DNA of 64,000 nt from Escherichia coli. GTDB lineage: Bacteria > Pseudomonadota > Gammaproteobacteria > Enterobacterales > Enterobacteriaceae. The stretch lies in the NCBI RefSeq assembly GCF_044324875.1, contig NZ_CP172185.1; one strand, 5' to 3'. The notes beneath the pieces were generated by a model. The model was given only the letters and a program-made list of their open reading frames with translations. It did no database searches and was not told the DNA's origin. The position numbers and the translations under genes are program-made. This document shows, piece after piece, positions 34,851 to 44,585 of this stretch (positions are counted from its first letter, which is position 1; each line of letters begins with the position of its first letter).

Positions 34851-35471
34851 GTGCTAGACCGCCATCTTCATCCCCGGATTAAACCGTTGTTGCATCAGTG
34901 CGTGCGGGTTCTTGATAAACCGGGCATTACGCCAGATGGTTTAACATTAGTGGGATTTGCCATCGGCGTGCTGGCACTGCCGTTTCTGGCGCTGGGCTGG
35001 TATCTGACGGCGCTAGTCGTCATTTTGTTGAATCGTCTGCTTGATGGTCTGGATGGCGCACTGGCGCGGCGCAGAGGGCTTACCGACGCGGGCGGCTTTC
35101 TCGATATTTCTCTCGATTTTCTCTTTTACGCGCTGGTGCCGTTTGGTTTTATTCTTGCTGCACCGGAGCAAAATGCGCTGGCAGGCGGCTGGCTGCTGTT
35201 TGCGTTTATCGGTACGGGCAGCAGTTTTCTCGCCTTTGCTGCGCTGGCGACGAAACATCAGATTGATAATCCCGGTTATGCGCATAAATCGTTTTATTAT
35301 CTTGGCGGGTTAACCGAAGGCAGCGAGACGATTTTGCTGTTTGTTCTGAGTTGCCTCTTTCCGGCCTGTTTTCCGTGGTTTGCGTGGGTATTTGGTGCGC
35401 TGTGTTGGATGACGACCTTTACGCGGGTGTGGAGTGGGTATCTGACGCTGAAGTCGCTCCAGCGTCAGTAA
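34851..35471 (+). CDS. ynjF: CDP-alcohol phosphatidyltransferase-family membrane protein YnjF
   Basis: Membrane ORF with DG(x)2AR motif (DGLDGALARRRG); RBS AAGGAG 7 nt before GTG 34851 (the track lists an alternative GTG at 34845). Confidence 0.85.
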   Translation: MLDRHLHPRIKPLLHQCVRVLDKPGITPDGLTLVGFAIGVLALPFLALGWYLTALVVILLNRLLDGLDGALARRRGLTDAGGFLDISLDFLFYALVPFGFILAAPEQNALAGGWLLFAFIGTGSSFLAFAALATKHQIDNPGYAHKSFYYLGGLTEGSETILLFVLSCLFPACFPWFAWVFGALCWMTTFTRVWSGYLTLKSLQRQ

Positions 35472-35479
35472 TTGCAATG

Positions 35480-36787
35480 TTATTTGCTGCTGTCCGGGCC
35501 GCGTTCACCGGTTGCTACCGGATTTTTTGGATCGCTGCTCCATTCGTACCAGCCGCCGTCGTAAACGGAGACGTTATTCCAGCCCATTGCTCGTGCGTAC
35601 ATAAAGGTTTCGGACGCGCGCCAGCCGGTGCCGCAGTAGAATGAAACTTGCTGATCTGGTCTGATATTCCATGCTTTCCACATAGCCGTAATATCATCGG
35701 CGCTGCGCATGGTGCCATCCGGGTTATGGAAATCTTCCATATGCGTCGAGTCGCTACCTGCGTGTCCCCAACGTGCTCCGGCTATTTCACCTTTTGGTTT
35801 AATATAGCTGTAACCGCTGGTCGTACCGATAAATTCTGGCCACGAACGAATGCTCACCAGCGATGCATCCTGGCGATGCAGCAGTCCACGCGCCTGTTCC
35901 ATATCAAGCATCAGTTGCGGTTGTGCCGGGATCTTCACGCCGAAATCCGGTTCCGCTTTCACTTTCGGTGGCGTTCCGCGCTCAACGGGCAGTCCCGCGT
36001 CGGACCAGGTTTGCCAGCCGCCGTCCAGCAGGCGGACATCTTTCACGCCAGCGTAGAGCATAATTTGTGCCACACGCGCTGCAGCGTATATGTCACGCCC
36101 GTACAGAATGACCGTGGTGTCATGGCGAATGCCGTGTTTTGCCAGCATCGCTTTTAGTTGTTCATCAGAAACTTTGTTCCACAGCGGTTCGCTTTCTACT
36201 TCGTTGGTATCGATGTAGTCAGCGCCGGGAATATGGCTGATAAGGTAAAGCTTAGGAGCGCCCCAGGCCGCTTCAATGACTTTCCAGTCACCGGCAGGTT
36301 TCGCCGTAACCTCTTTACCTTGTTGCAGGTCGTGCAGCCATTGCGGATAAACCAGCTGCTCAAAGTGCGGCAGTTTTTGTAGACGGGAAGGTTCGCTTAG
36401 TGCGTCGCTCAAAATGGAGATATGCGTAAAACCTGCTTTTTGCAGTCGCGTTTTGACGGCATCGACATCTTTGTCATTACCGTACAGCGCCACCGGAGCA
36501 TCGGCTTTCAGGTTATGTTGCTTGATCCACTCGTTGAGCTGTTCGGTGCTCATTTTGTCGAGCCAGCTAGCAGAGAGGTTTAAGGCGGCAGGTTCATGAC
36601 CGGAAGGGCCATTTAAGGTTTGTGGCCAGCCGTTATAAAACGCGCTGGGGCGAGTATCAATCGCTTTGCCATTTTGTTGTTGAAGCTGGTCAAGTGTAAG
36701 AGGCTTCGCCAGTTCAGCGGCCCACGAAGAAGCGCAAGCCAGCCCTAAAGCCATTGCCAGCGCGGTCATTTGAGAAACACGTTTCAT
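35480..36787 (-). CDS. ynjE: Periplasmic thiosulfate sulfurtransferase (rhodanese) YnjE
   Basis: 435 aa from MKRVSQMTALAMALGLACASSWA (signal peptide); triple-rhodanese architecture with active-site CGTGWR. Confidence 0.88.
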   Translation of the reverse strand: MKRVSQMTALAMALGLACASSWAAELAKPLTLDQLQQQNGKAIDTRPSAFYNGWPQTLNGPSGHEPAALNLSASWLDKMSTEQLNEWIKQHNLKADAPVALYGNDKDVDAVKTRLQKAGFTHISILSDALSEPSRLQKLPHFEQLVYPQWLHDLQQGKEVTAKPAGDWKVIEAAWGAPKLYLISHIPGADYIDTNEVESEPLWNKVSDEQLKAMLAKHGIRHDTTVILYGRDIYAAARVAQIMLYAGVKDVRLLDGGWQTWSDAGLPVERGTPPKVKAEPDFGVKIPAQPQLMLDMEQARGLLHRQDASLVSIRSWPEFIGTTSGYSYIKPKGEIAGARWGHAGSDSTHMEDFHNPDGTMRSADDITAMWKAWNIRPDQQVSFYCGTGWRASETFMYARAMGWNNVSVYDGGWYEWSSDPKNPVATGERGPDSSK

Positions 36788-36853
36788 CGAAAATCCCGAC
36801 ATTGTAGTTTTGAGTGCGCCATTCTGAACTGACGCATTGAGAAAAACTTTGCG

Positions 36854-37507
36854 TTATCGCAGTTTGTTGTAATTTTCTGACCACTGCGCCATATCCAGAA
36901 CAGAACTATCAGCAGGAACATCCTGGAGATCGTGCGTTACCTGAACGACGGGGATCGCCAGGGCGCGAACTTCGCTAAATACCCACTGGCGAAAATTCTC
37001 GCGCAGAGCTACATCAAGACGGCTGAATGGCTCATCCAGTAGCAACGCTTTTGGCTGAGCGAGAAGAGCGCGAAGCAGAGCAACGCGCGCTCGCTGACCA
37101 CCGGACAGAGTAGCAGGATCATGATGGAACATACCGCCAAGCCCCGCACGCTCCAGCGCATCATTTACCGCATCGCGCCTTGCAATACCTTTGAGTGCCG
37201 CTGGCAGAGCCAGCAGTAAATTTTGCCCGACGCTGAACTGGTCAAATAACAGTGCATCCTGGAAAAGAATGCCAATCTGACGCTCTGCGGTGGGTAGCAT
37301 GTCAATCCGTTGCTCATTGAGCCATAGCTCACCTGTACAAGAAAACTGTCCGGCCAGCGCACCAATCATCCATGAAAACAGAGTGGATTTTCCACAGCCA
37401 GACGGCCCCATTAACGTGACAATGTCACATTTATCCACCGTAAAGTTAACGTTTGTCAGCAAGCGGCTTTCTGGTAAACGTAGCGAAACATTTTTCACGC
37501 AGAGCAT
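36854..37507 (-). CDS. ynjD: ABC transporter ATP-binding protein YnjD
   Basis: 217 aa from MLCVKNVSLRLP...; Walker A GPSGCGKST, signature LSGGQRARV; start ATG overlaps the ynjC stop by 1 nt. Confidence 0.88.
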   Translation of the reverse strand: MLCVKNVSLRLPESRLLTNVNFTVDKCDIVTLMGPSGCGKSTLFSWMIGALAGQFSCTGELWLNEQRIDMLPTAERQIGILFQDALLFDQFSVGQNLLLALPAALKGIARRDAVNDALERAGLGGMFHHDPATLSGGQRARVALLRALLAQPKALLLDEPFSRLDVALRENFRQWVFSEVRALAIPVVQVTHDLQDVPADSSVLDMAQWSENYNKLR

Positions 37508-39042
37508 TAGCGGAGTCCTTGTCTGACATAACCTACCCATTTTGCGACTAACGCGGTCAGGGCAAAAATAATAAGCGGTAATAGCAGTTGCCATAAAGCC
37601 TGGGCGGCGAGAATACCGTTGCTGCCGCCGCTGCTTAATGCCACCGCTTCAGTGGTGAGCGTCGGAAAACGCCCCGCGCCCAGCCACAGCGTCGGCATAT
37701 ACTGTGCAATACTGACTGAAAATCCCACCGCGAAGACAATCAGCGCAGGGCGTAGCATGAGTGGGCATTTCACGTAAAAGAAGATTTTGGCCCGCGACCA
37801 GCCCAGTGTTTGCGCAATCAAAATTAACCGTGAATCAATGCGCTGCCAGGCGGGTTGCAGGATAAACAGCATCCACGGCATTACCCACAGCAAATGCCCC
37901 CAGACCACCGCCGTCCAGCTCCCATCCAGGTTCAGCCAGAGCGCCAGCGTGTACTGGCCCGCCACCAGTGGCAGAGCGGGTAATAAAATGGGCAACCATA
38001 GCCAGAAGTGCCGACGTGACGATCCCCATTCCAGCCACGCCAGTATCAGGATTAAAGCGATAAACGTCGCGGTAAGTCCCATCGTCAGGCTATTGATGAG
38101 CGCTTCACTATTGATCGTCGACTGATCCGCGAGGATCGCCAACAGAACCACACACAGCACACCGGTCAAGGGTAAAAAACTCGCCAGCGTAATGCCTGGC
38201 AATAAAGGCGTGGCAGGCTTACGAACGCCATCTACGCGGGGAATAGTACGCCGCCAGCTACGCCATAGCAGATAGCCCAGCAAAACGTAGGCGGCGAGTA
38301 ACAGCATCAGCAGCAGGCTGGCGAGTGCGCCTTTCGTTTGTTGATCGGCGTCGCCCTGAGTTAACCACTGCCAGCTAATTACTGCCAGCGTCGGGGGATT
38401 ACCTGGCCCAAGGATAATCGCCACATCCACGACCGACAGCGACCAGGCGACAATCGCCAGCATCGCCATTGCCAGTGCAGGTGCGACGGAGGGCAACAAC
38501 AGCCAGTTCAGGCATTGCCAGCGGCTGTAGCCCAGCGAATCCAGTACAATAACTTGCTGCAACAGCCGTTTTTCGCTCAATACTGCCGCTAAGATCCACA
38601 GCAGAAATGCGCTTTCTTTCACTGCAAGGGTGAGGCTCAGACCGATGCCAAATCGGTCCATTGGCGGAGTGAAATACGGGAAATAGTCATAAAGCAGCCC
38701 TCCGTCAGCAAAGAGCAGAAGGGCGCTGGTGGCAAAAGCCACATGGGGAATGGCGAGCAGCCACGGCAGACGGGCGCACATACGCTGCCATTTCGGCCCA
38801 GGCCACAGCGCCACAATCACCAGCAGGGCAATCAACAACGCCCCGACCGCCGCGATGGTTGTCGACACCAGCGTTGCCAGTAATGCCTGCGGTAACTGTG
38901 GATCGGCAAATAACGTCTGCCAGTGTGTCAACGACAAAGCAGGCGATATCAGCGTGAGAGCTGCCGGGATCAGCGGTGCATAAATCACCGCCACCATCGC
39001 CCACAGCAAAAAGATTAATGCGTACCGTAACGGTGTAGCCAT
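37507..39042 (-). CDS. ynjC: ABC transporter permease YnjC
   Basis: About 511-aa polytopic membrane ORF with duplicated permease halves; operon with ynjB and ynjD. Confidence 0.85.
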   Translation of the reverse strand: MATPLRYALIFLLWAMVAVIYAPLIPAALTLISPALSLTHWQTLFADPQLPQALLATLVSTTIAAVGALLIALLVIVALWPGPKWQRMCARLPWLLAIPHVAFATSALLLFADGGLLYDYFPYFTPPMDRFGIGLSLTLAVKESAFLLWILAAVLSEKRLLQQVIVLDSLGYSRWQCLNWLLLPSVAPALAMAMLAIVAWSLSVVDVAIILGPGNPPTLAVISWQWLTQGDADQQTKGALASLLLMLLLAAYVLLGYLLWRSWRRTIPRVDGVRKPATPLLPGITLASFLPLTGVLCVVLLAILADQSTINSEALINSLTMGLTATFIALILILAWLEWGSSRRHFWLWLPILLPALPLVAGQYTLALWLNLDGSWTAVVWGHLLWVMPWMLFILQPAWQRIDSRLILIAQTLGWSRAKIFFYVKCPLMLRPALIVFAVGFSVSIAQYMPTLWLGAGRFPTLTTEAVALSSGGSNGILAAQALWQLLLPLIIFALTALVAKWVGYVRQGLR

Positions 39043-40181
39043 TCTTGTTCCAGCGCATTTACCCAACCTGCGTGCGGTTCAGCCAGTACCGGCGGCAGAT
39101 CCTGCGGCATTCTTGATTGCAATATTTCGCGCTGCCCGTCAGGCAGTTTTTGCGGATCGAGAACCGAAGGATCGCCCCAGACAGCAGGGTCTGCTTTACG
39201 CAGTTGTGCATCGGGTGAGAGCAGGAAATTGGCAACTACCTTCGCCGCAGCACTGGCATTCGCGTTGGCGGGAATGGTGACGAAATGCACGTTGCCAATC
39301 ATTCCCTCGCTAAAGCCAAAGCTGTAACTGCTGGCGGGTAAATCGCCGCTGGCGATTTTTTGCTGCGCATGCGCGGGATTAAAGGTCAGCGACAGGCGCA
39401 ATGTGCCGGCTTTCAGCAGAGCATCCATCCGCGCGGGCGAAGGCGGGAAATCCTTTCCTTCGCGCCACAAATACGGATGCAGCGCATCAAGATATTGCCA
39501 CAAGGGAGCAGTGACACGGGCGAAAGTCGCATCGTCCGGCGCTTCTTTTAATGCGGCGGGATCTGGCGTTAGCATAATCAGCAACTGTTCAAGAAACGCC
39601 GTGCCGGTAAAGTCCGGTGGGCGCGGATAGGTAACCGTACCGGGATTGGCTTTAGCAAACTCCAGTAAGGCTTGCGGCGTTTGTGGTGGCTGCGGCGTAA
39701 CATCGCGGCGGGCGATAAACGTCAGTTGCGCGCCCCCCCAGGGCGATTCCGCACCTTGCGTTGGCACTGAAAAATCTTCCCGCACCGGCAGTTGTGTATC
39801 GACATAACGCCAGTTTGGCAGAGTCTCAGCCCAGCCCGTTTGTAATAAATTGGCCTCTTTTAAGGTGCGGAAGTTTTCGCCGTTCACCCAGAGCAGATCC
39901 ACCGAGCCACCTGTTTTGCGTCCGGCAGCAGCTTCGGTCTGAATGCGCTTCACCGCGTCTGCGGCATCCGCGAGACGAACAATCTTCAGGTTTATAGCGT
40001 AATGGGTTTTCATCTCGCCGCTAACCCAGTCGAGATAGCGGTTAATTGCGGTATCGCCGCCCCAGGCGTTAAACCAGACGGTTTGTCCTTTGGCCTCATT
40101 TTTTATTTCCTGCCAGTCACTGGCATGTGTTGCCAAAGAAAACAGCGATAACAATCCCAGCAACCACCCACAATGGCGCAT
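39015..40181 (-). CDS. ynjB: ABC transporter periplasmic substrate-binding protein YnjB
   Basis: 388-aa ORF with signal peptide MRHCGWLLGLLSLFSLATHA; last recognisable core gene before the island. Confidence 0.88.
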   Translation of the reverse strand: MRHCGWLLGLLSLFSLATHASDWQEIKNEAKGQTVWFNAWGGDTAINRYLDWVSGEMKTHYAINLKIVRLADAADAVKRIQTEAAAGRKTGGSVDLLWVNGENFRTLKEANLLQTGWAETLPNWRYVDTQLPVREDFSVPTQGAESPWGGAQLTFIARRDVTPQPPQTPQALLEFAKANPGTVTYPRPPDFTGTAFLEQLLIMLTPDPAALKEAPDDATFARVTAPLWQYLDALHPYLWREGKDFPPSPARMDALLKAGTLRLSLTFNPAHAQQKIASGDLPASSYSFGFSEGMIGNVHFVTIPANANASAAAKVVANFLLSPDAQLRKADPAVWGDPSVLDPQKLPDGQREILQSRMPQDLPPVLAEPHAGWVNALEQEWLHRYGTH

Positions 40182-40411
40182 CTTCTCTCCTTAGGAATAA
40201 AACTAGATGTATAATCTATTGTTTTTTCATTTGTTGTTTTGTTTGTGTTTTTTAGGGGCCACCAATAAGGCCCCTTGCGCAGTTCGAATTCTTCTGGTGC
40301 TATTTTTCCTCTTTTTTCTGTCTTCCTCCATTATTCTGTTTGACTCGATGTTCTGTATTACGAAATCGAATTAGAGGGCAGATACTTAGAAATTACCAGT
40401 TCAGCTTTCCA

Positions 40412-41197
40412 TTAGTTCCGGATGTTTAAACGTGATATGCGCGGAGCCCTTCTTAAAGTATCTGATACTGAACATCTCATCTTCATAGCACTCTTTACCC
40501 TGAACAGACTGGATGTGCCATCCTGATGAATGGTTATGTTTTTCCCGTTGCCGGGGATGGGGGTGCCGCTGAACAGATGTAGCATTCTTTCCAGGTCGGC
40601 GAGTCGGTCAGTCTGTTGTCCGGTGATAAGATGAAATCCCCACCGGTCCCATCTCACCAGATTGTTGATAATGATTTTACTTCCAAATTTACAGGGAGAG
40701 TTGGTTTTATAATTCCAGCTCAGTTCCCTGAAGACGTTAATCACTCCCCGCTTAAACACCTCATCCTTGTTCTGGTGCACTTGTTCAAATGTGCTCAGAA
40801 TGTTCGCTTCACTGATTTCCGGAAAATTATCATATTCCAGTGACCTGTACCATGTATCACGTGCCTGTGCATCCATTAAGGAAAGCATCCCGGAACGCTG
40901 CATCAGGTTACGCCAGATTTCGCGGTCAAGATTCCGGGTAATGGCTTTCATTGCGGTTTCCTGTTTCTCCTTCAGCCAGCAGCCACAGCGAAAATCCTGT
41001 TTCATGGCCCAGTCCGGGGCGGTTTTACCTCCAATACTTTCCGTCAGAATTGAGATTTTAGCCAGTTGCCGGATAAGTGTGTCGATTGGCAACAGTGTAC
41101 TCTTTCGTACAGCCAGAATGTGGCAGACTGAGGTGGAACAGATAACGTCCGTATGCCCGCTGACCACCTCCGGGCGGGAGAGTGTGGTATCTGACAT
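40412..41197 (-). CDS. Island protein, DUF4942-like (gene commonly found after cbtA/yeeW in CP4-type islands)
   Basis: 261-aa ORF at the distal end of the toxin-antitoxin cassette; family assignment is from memory of typical cassette order, not a search. Confidence 0.5.
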   Translation of the reverse strand: MSDTTLSRPEVVSGHTDVICSTSVCHILAVRKSTLLPIDTLIRQLAKISILTESIGGKTAPDWAMKQDFRCGCWLKEKQETAMKAITRNLDREIWRNLMQRSGMLSLMDAQARDTWYRSLEYDNFPEISEANILSTFEQVHQNKDEVFKRGVINVFRELSWNYKTNSPCKFGSKIIINNLVRWDRWGFHLITGQQTDRLADLERMLHLFSGTPIPGNGKNITIHQDGTSSLFRVKSAMKMRCSVSDTLRRAPRISRLNIRN

Positions 41198-41281
41198 AAT
41201 CGTTTTTCCTTTTTGCAGATAAATGAAAACGCCAGCTCTGTTCAGGCTGGCGTCAGGAGAATGAAGTCTGGTGAGTGAGAT

Positions 41282-41707
41282 TCACCGGTTCTGGTGCAGA
41301 AGTTGCAGTTGGTGCAGGGTACGGATATCCTCCCTGGCCTGTTCGATACAGGGCAACAATGCTGCCGAATCCGTTTTATCCTCATCGTTGTCGAAAATAA
41401 TTCCGGACCCGCAGTCGATATTGTCCTGCAGCCACGCAATGAGGATATCCAGCGCTGTTTCAGTGGTTAATGGCATCACGCTCTGTATCACTGTATTGTC
41501 TTCCGGCAACTGATGAGAGCTGGCAGAAGTCGCCGGTGTTTCGGTAGCGTCACGTTCATCCACCACGCGGAGTGAATAACCGTATTCAGCGACCTTGTTA
41601 ATCAGTTCAGTGAGCTCAACACCATCAATGTCAACGACAATTCGCCCTATATTCAGTGCCTGTACGTTAACGCTGTCTGCTTCCAATGTCAGGGCCAGTT
41701 TCATCAT
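41282..41707 (-). CDS. YeeW-like protein (DUF5983-type)
   Basis: 141-aa acidic ORF whose start overlaps the cbtA-like stop (ATGA), as in yeeV-yeeW. Confidence 0.55.
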   Translation of the reverse strand: MMKLALTLEADSVNVQALNIGRIVVDIDGVELTELINKVAEYGYSLRVVDERDATETPATSASSHQLPEDNTVIQSVMPLTTETALDILIAWLQDNIDCGSGIIFDNDEDKTDSAALLPCIEQAREDIRTLHQLQLLHQNR

Positions 41708-42078
41708 TTCGCCTCCGGATACTTACCCAGGGTAATGTTATTTACCGTTCTGTAATTGTCGCGGGTCATCAGGCCGGTCGCCCTGCGAGCCCGGAGGATA
41801 TCGATGCTGTTTATTAACTGAGAGCGGGTACAGGCGCTGAATCCCGGCTGGTCGGTACGCACCAGCGCGTATTTTTCCACGAGAAAGTTCACCGCATCAC
41901 ACAGTGAAATGCCTGCCTCAATATGCAGCTCAATCACGCGTTCATCCGCGAACGGTGTGTCATTCAGCGTAAGGCTGTAATGCTGGTCCAGTAACCGGGT
42001 GAGCAGTGTCTGCCAGATGGTGACGGGAGACGGGCAACACGATGCCTCCCGTACATGCGTGTCGGGTAATGTTTTCAT
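41704..42078 (-). CDS. cbtA: CbtA/YeeV-family toxin (type IV toxin-antitoxin system, cytoskeleton-binding toxin)
   Basis: 124-aa [37 protein letters not shown]... matching the YeeV/YkfI/YpjF family. Confidence 0.85.
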   Translation of the reverse strand: MKTLPDTHVREASCCPSPVTIWQTLLTRLLDQHYSLTLNDTPFADERVIELHIEAGISLCDAVNFLVEKYALVRTDQPGFSACTRSQLINSIDILRARRATGLMTRDNYRTVNNITLGKYPEAK

Positions 42079-42167
42079 AATGAAGATTTTCCTGATATGC
42101 AGAGATAAAAAATGGGACAGTGGCGTGGTGAAAACACCAGGCCGGAGCAGAAGATTATTCTGATGAT

Positions 42168-42536
42168 TTACTTTTTCGTTTCGGGCGTCGGATAAACAGC
42201 CAGATAAACGTAACCACAGGAGCCGAGGGTGTCGGCTTCACAGGTCAGCCCCTTCGCATACAGTGTCACGGTATGCTGATGGCGGGGATTCAGTTCACCG
42301 CTGGTGAGCATGAGCTCCAGTTGTTTCATCGGCAGCGGAAAGGCCTGGTCCGGATGGTACGCATCCGCATCTCTGAACCGGCCTCTGATACCGGCACGGT
42401 CGGCAAGGTAATGCAACCGGTTACCCTCCTGCACCAGACGTGCCCCGAAACAGGGCGTCACGGTGCAGGGCAGTCCCCACCAGAGGCGGTCGTGATTGTC
42501 GTCGTGATGCGTTGTCCCGGGGAGTGTGTCTGACAC
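42168..42536 (-). CDS. cbeA: CbeA/YeeU-family antitoxin
   Basis: 122 aa from GTG 42534-42536 ([48 protein letters not shown]...); RBS GAGG about 10 nt upstream; the track ORF is extended upstream in frame. Confidence 0.85.
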   Translation of the reverse strand: MSDTLPGTTHHDDNHDRLWWGLPCTVTPCFGARLVQEGNRLHYLADRAGIRGRFRDADAYHPDQAFPLPMKQLELMLTSGELNPRHQHTVTLYAKGLTCEADTLGSCGYVYLAVYPTPETKK

Positions 42537-42585
42537 GATAAAATCCTCACAGAAAATCGTTGAATGATAGTTTAACTTTGACAGG

Positions 42586-43230
42586 TCAGCCGGTGCGCAG
42601 ACCGGCTTCGGTGAAGGTGTATTCGTTGATGAGAAGGGCCTCATCCACAGGGGCATCTGAGGTCAGCCTGTTGTGCTCGTTTTCCAGTTGACGGTACAGC
42701 CAGAAGGCCAGGTCGCGCAGGGCTTCGCTGACAGCGGCTTCCGCATCTGTTGTCATAGTCTGACCAGTCGGACTGTTCCGGGTAACAGTGATATCCATGC
42801 TGTACGGATGGCAGTAGCGTCCCCGGCGGTGGATTTCAGCCTGCAGTTGCCAGAAGTTACGCTTCTGCACCGCCTGCAGGGCATCCGCGATACGATGGAG
42901 TTCATGCTCCTGTGGGGCATACTTCCGGATTATCCGGGCTGTCGCCGGCTGCCAGTGCCAGCGTCCTTCAAAACAGGCTCCGTCCCCCTGGCTGCAGCAT
43001 CCGCTGAACCAGATGCACGGCTCTTCCATAAACCTGCCGTTGCTGAGCCGGAAAACGCGCTGGCGGAGGTCAATTCCGAAAATGTCACAGACCGCCCTGA
43101 AGTCCTCATACACGTTTTCATACCAGTTGCTGTCAGCATGATGCTGACGGTACCCGTCGCGGGCTTTTCCCCGTACCGGGCAGGAAAGTTCATCCAGCGT
43201 ATACACTGTGATGGTGATAATGCTGCTCAT
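42586..43230 (-). CDS. Cysteine-rich hypothetical protein (214 aa), unrecognised family, inserted between the DUF987 and antitoxin genes
   Basis: ATG 43228-43230 with RBS AAGGGG 7 nt upstream, 18 bp after the DUF987 stop; 10 Cys including a CIWFSGCCSQGDGAC cluster; no family recognised by me. Confidence 0.5.
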   Translation of the reverse strand: MSSIITITVYTLDELSCPVRGKARDGYRQHHADSNWYENVYEDFRAVCDIFGIDLRQRVFRLSNGRFMEEPCIWFSGCCSQGDGACFEGRWHWQPATARIIRKYAPQEHELHRIADALQAVQKRNFWQLQAEIHRRGRYCHPYSMDITVTRNSPTGQTMTTDAEAAVSEALRDLAFWLYRQLENEHNRLTSDAPVDEALLINEYTFTEAGLRTG

Positions 43231-43248
43231 CAGAATCCCCTTTCTGAT

Positions 43249-43470
43249 TCAGTTCAGGGTGACGCTCATCAGCCGGACATACGGGCCAAAACTGTCCTTA
43301 CGGCGTTCAGCAAACACGGCCAGCACACCGGGAATATCCTGTACTTCACGACCGGTATACGTCTCAGCACTGCCGTGCCAGCGGTACTTACCGGTGCAGA
43401 ACGGAAATAGACGGGATGCAGGATGCTGTTGGTGAATACGCATGGCTTCACCACGGGTGATAATTTTCAT
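43249..43470 (-). CDS. YeeT/YkfH/YpjJ-family protein (DUF987)
   Basis: 73-aa ORF MKIITRGEAMRIHQQHPASRLFPFCTGKYRWHGSAETYTGREVQDIPGVLAVFAERRKDSFGPYVRLMSVTLN, near-identical to remembered YeeT. Confidence 0.85.
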   Translation of the reverse strand: MKIITRGEAMRIHQQHPASRLFPFCTGKYRWHGSAETYTGREVQDIPGVLAVFAERRKDSFGPYVRLMSVTLN

Positions 43471-43532
43471 AATGGGATACCTCTGAAGACAGAAGATAAA
43501 AGTGAAAACAGGTGTGATGTGGTTGTGACGGG

Positions 43533-44009
43533 TTAAAGCAGACCATGTTCGGCAAAGGAGAAAACCTGGCTGCCACCGACTATCAGATGGTCCGGCACCC
43601 GGATATCCACCAGGCCCAGTGCCTGTACCAGACGTTCCGTGATAAGGCGGTCTGCCTTGCTGGGTGTGACTTCACCGGACGGGTGATTGTGCGCCAGCAC
43701 CACGGCAGCGGCATTGTGGTACAGGGCGCGTTTAATCACTTCCCGGGGATGGACTTCCGTGCGGTTGATGGTGCCGGTGAAGAGGGTTTCACCGGCAATC
43801 AGCTGATTCTGGTTGTTCAGATACAGCACCCGGAATTCTTCACGCTCCAGTCCCGCCATGTTCAGAATCAGCCATTCCCGTGCCGCATGCGTGGAGGTGA
43901 AGGCCACGCCGGGTTCATGAAGATGGCGGTCCAGGGCTTTCAGGGCCCGCTGAATGAGGCTGCGCTCTCTGGTTGTCATTTCTCCGGGCAGAAAGGAAAT
44001 CTGTTGCAT
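43533..44009 (-). CDS. RadC-like JAB/MPN-domain protein (YeeS/YkfG/YfjY family)
   Basis: 158-aa ORF with JAMM motif HNHPSGEVTPSKAD. Confidence 0.88.
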   Translation of the reverse strand: MQQISFLPGEMTTRERSLIQRALKALDRHLHEPGVAFTSTHAAREWLILNMAGLEREEFRVLYLNNQNQLIAGETLFTGTINRTEVHPREVIKRALYHNAAAVVLAHNHPSGEVTPSKADRLITERLVQALGLVDIRVPDHLIVGGSQVFSFAEHGLL

Positions 44010-44024
44010 TGTTCCGGCCCCCTT

Positions 44025-44504
44025 TCAGTCAATGATGCGCATAATGGCGCTGCATTCCGGATGCTGCAGGGCGTAATCCCGCAGACGGTAATAATGAACC
44101 GTCATGGCATAACACTCCGTACGGCAGGCGTGATGACTGTACGTCATCAGACAGGCAGCAATGCCGGCGGCTTCCGGGCTCATTTCAGCGCGGTTACCGT
44201 TCATGGCATTGAACAGTACCCATGTTTCGTCATCATCATCATCCGGTTCGGGGGCCATAAATGCCCCGCCGTTGTTCAGGGTGTACAGATTCCAGATACC
44301 ACCGCAGTAGTCTTCGCACAGACGGTCCATCCAGCCGAAGACACTGGGCTCCAGGGTCACCCACTGTGGAATGAGGCCAAAATGCTGCGGCCAGAAGCTG
44401 ATGCGCTGTTCATCAGGGACGAGGCTGGCAACCAACTGAGGCGGATTATTCTCTGGTGTTGTAGCTGAATAAATTGTGGGGGTATTCTGAGAAACGGTTT
44501 TCAT
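44025..44504 (-). CDS. Antirestriction protein (KlcA/ArdB-like, YfjX/YafX family)
   Basis: 159-aa ORF with acidic stretch EPDDDDDE and the conserved C-terminal region of island antirestriction proteins. Confidence 0.85.
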   Translation of the reverse strand: MKTVSQNTPTIYSATTPENNPPQLVASLVPDEQRISFWPQHFGLIPQWVTLEPSVFGWMDRLCEDYCGGIWNLYTLNNGGAFMAPEPDDDDDETWVLFNAMNGNRAEMSPEAAGIAACLMTYSHHACRTECYAMTVHYYRLRDYALQHPECSAIMRIID

Positions 44505-44585
44505 GAGATAACGCCTTAAATAACAAATAAATGTGTGTTTTTCAGGAACGAAAGCTGAATGATTCCCTCACTCAGGGAAACGGCA

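Noticed and set aside
40255-40277. Hairpin AGGGGCC-N8-GGCCCCT at the island/core junction
   Set aside because: Considered as a terminator or att-site element, but it lacks a downstream T-run on either strand and I see no matching repeat within the window; left unassigned.
42673-43410. 245-aa plus-strand ORF overlapping the cysteine-rich 214-aa ORF and DUF987
   Set aside because: Its 3' part is antisense to the well-conserved DUF987 gene and it lacks a convincing RBS, whereas the minus-strand 214-aa ORF has an RBS and fits operon polarity. The ambiguity is real and noted in the relevant finding.
43545-44468. 307-aa plus-strand ORF
   Set aside because: Antisense to the RadC-like and antirestriction genes, both recognisable conserved families on the minus strand; GC-rich island DNA commonly yields long antisense frames.
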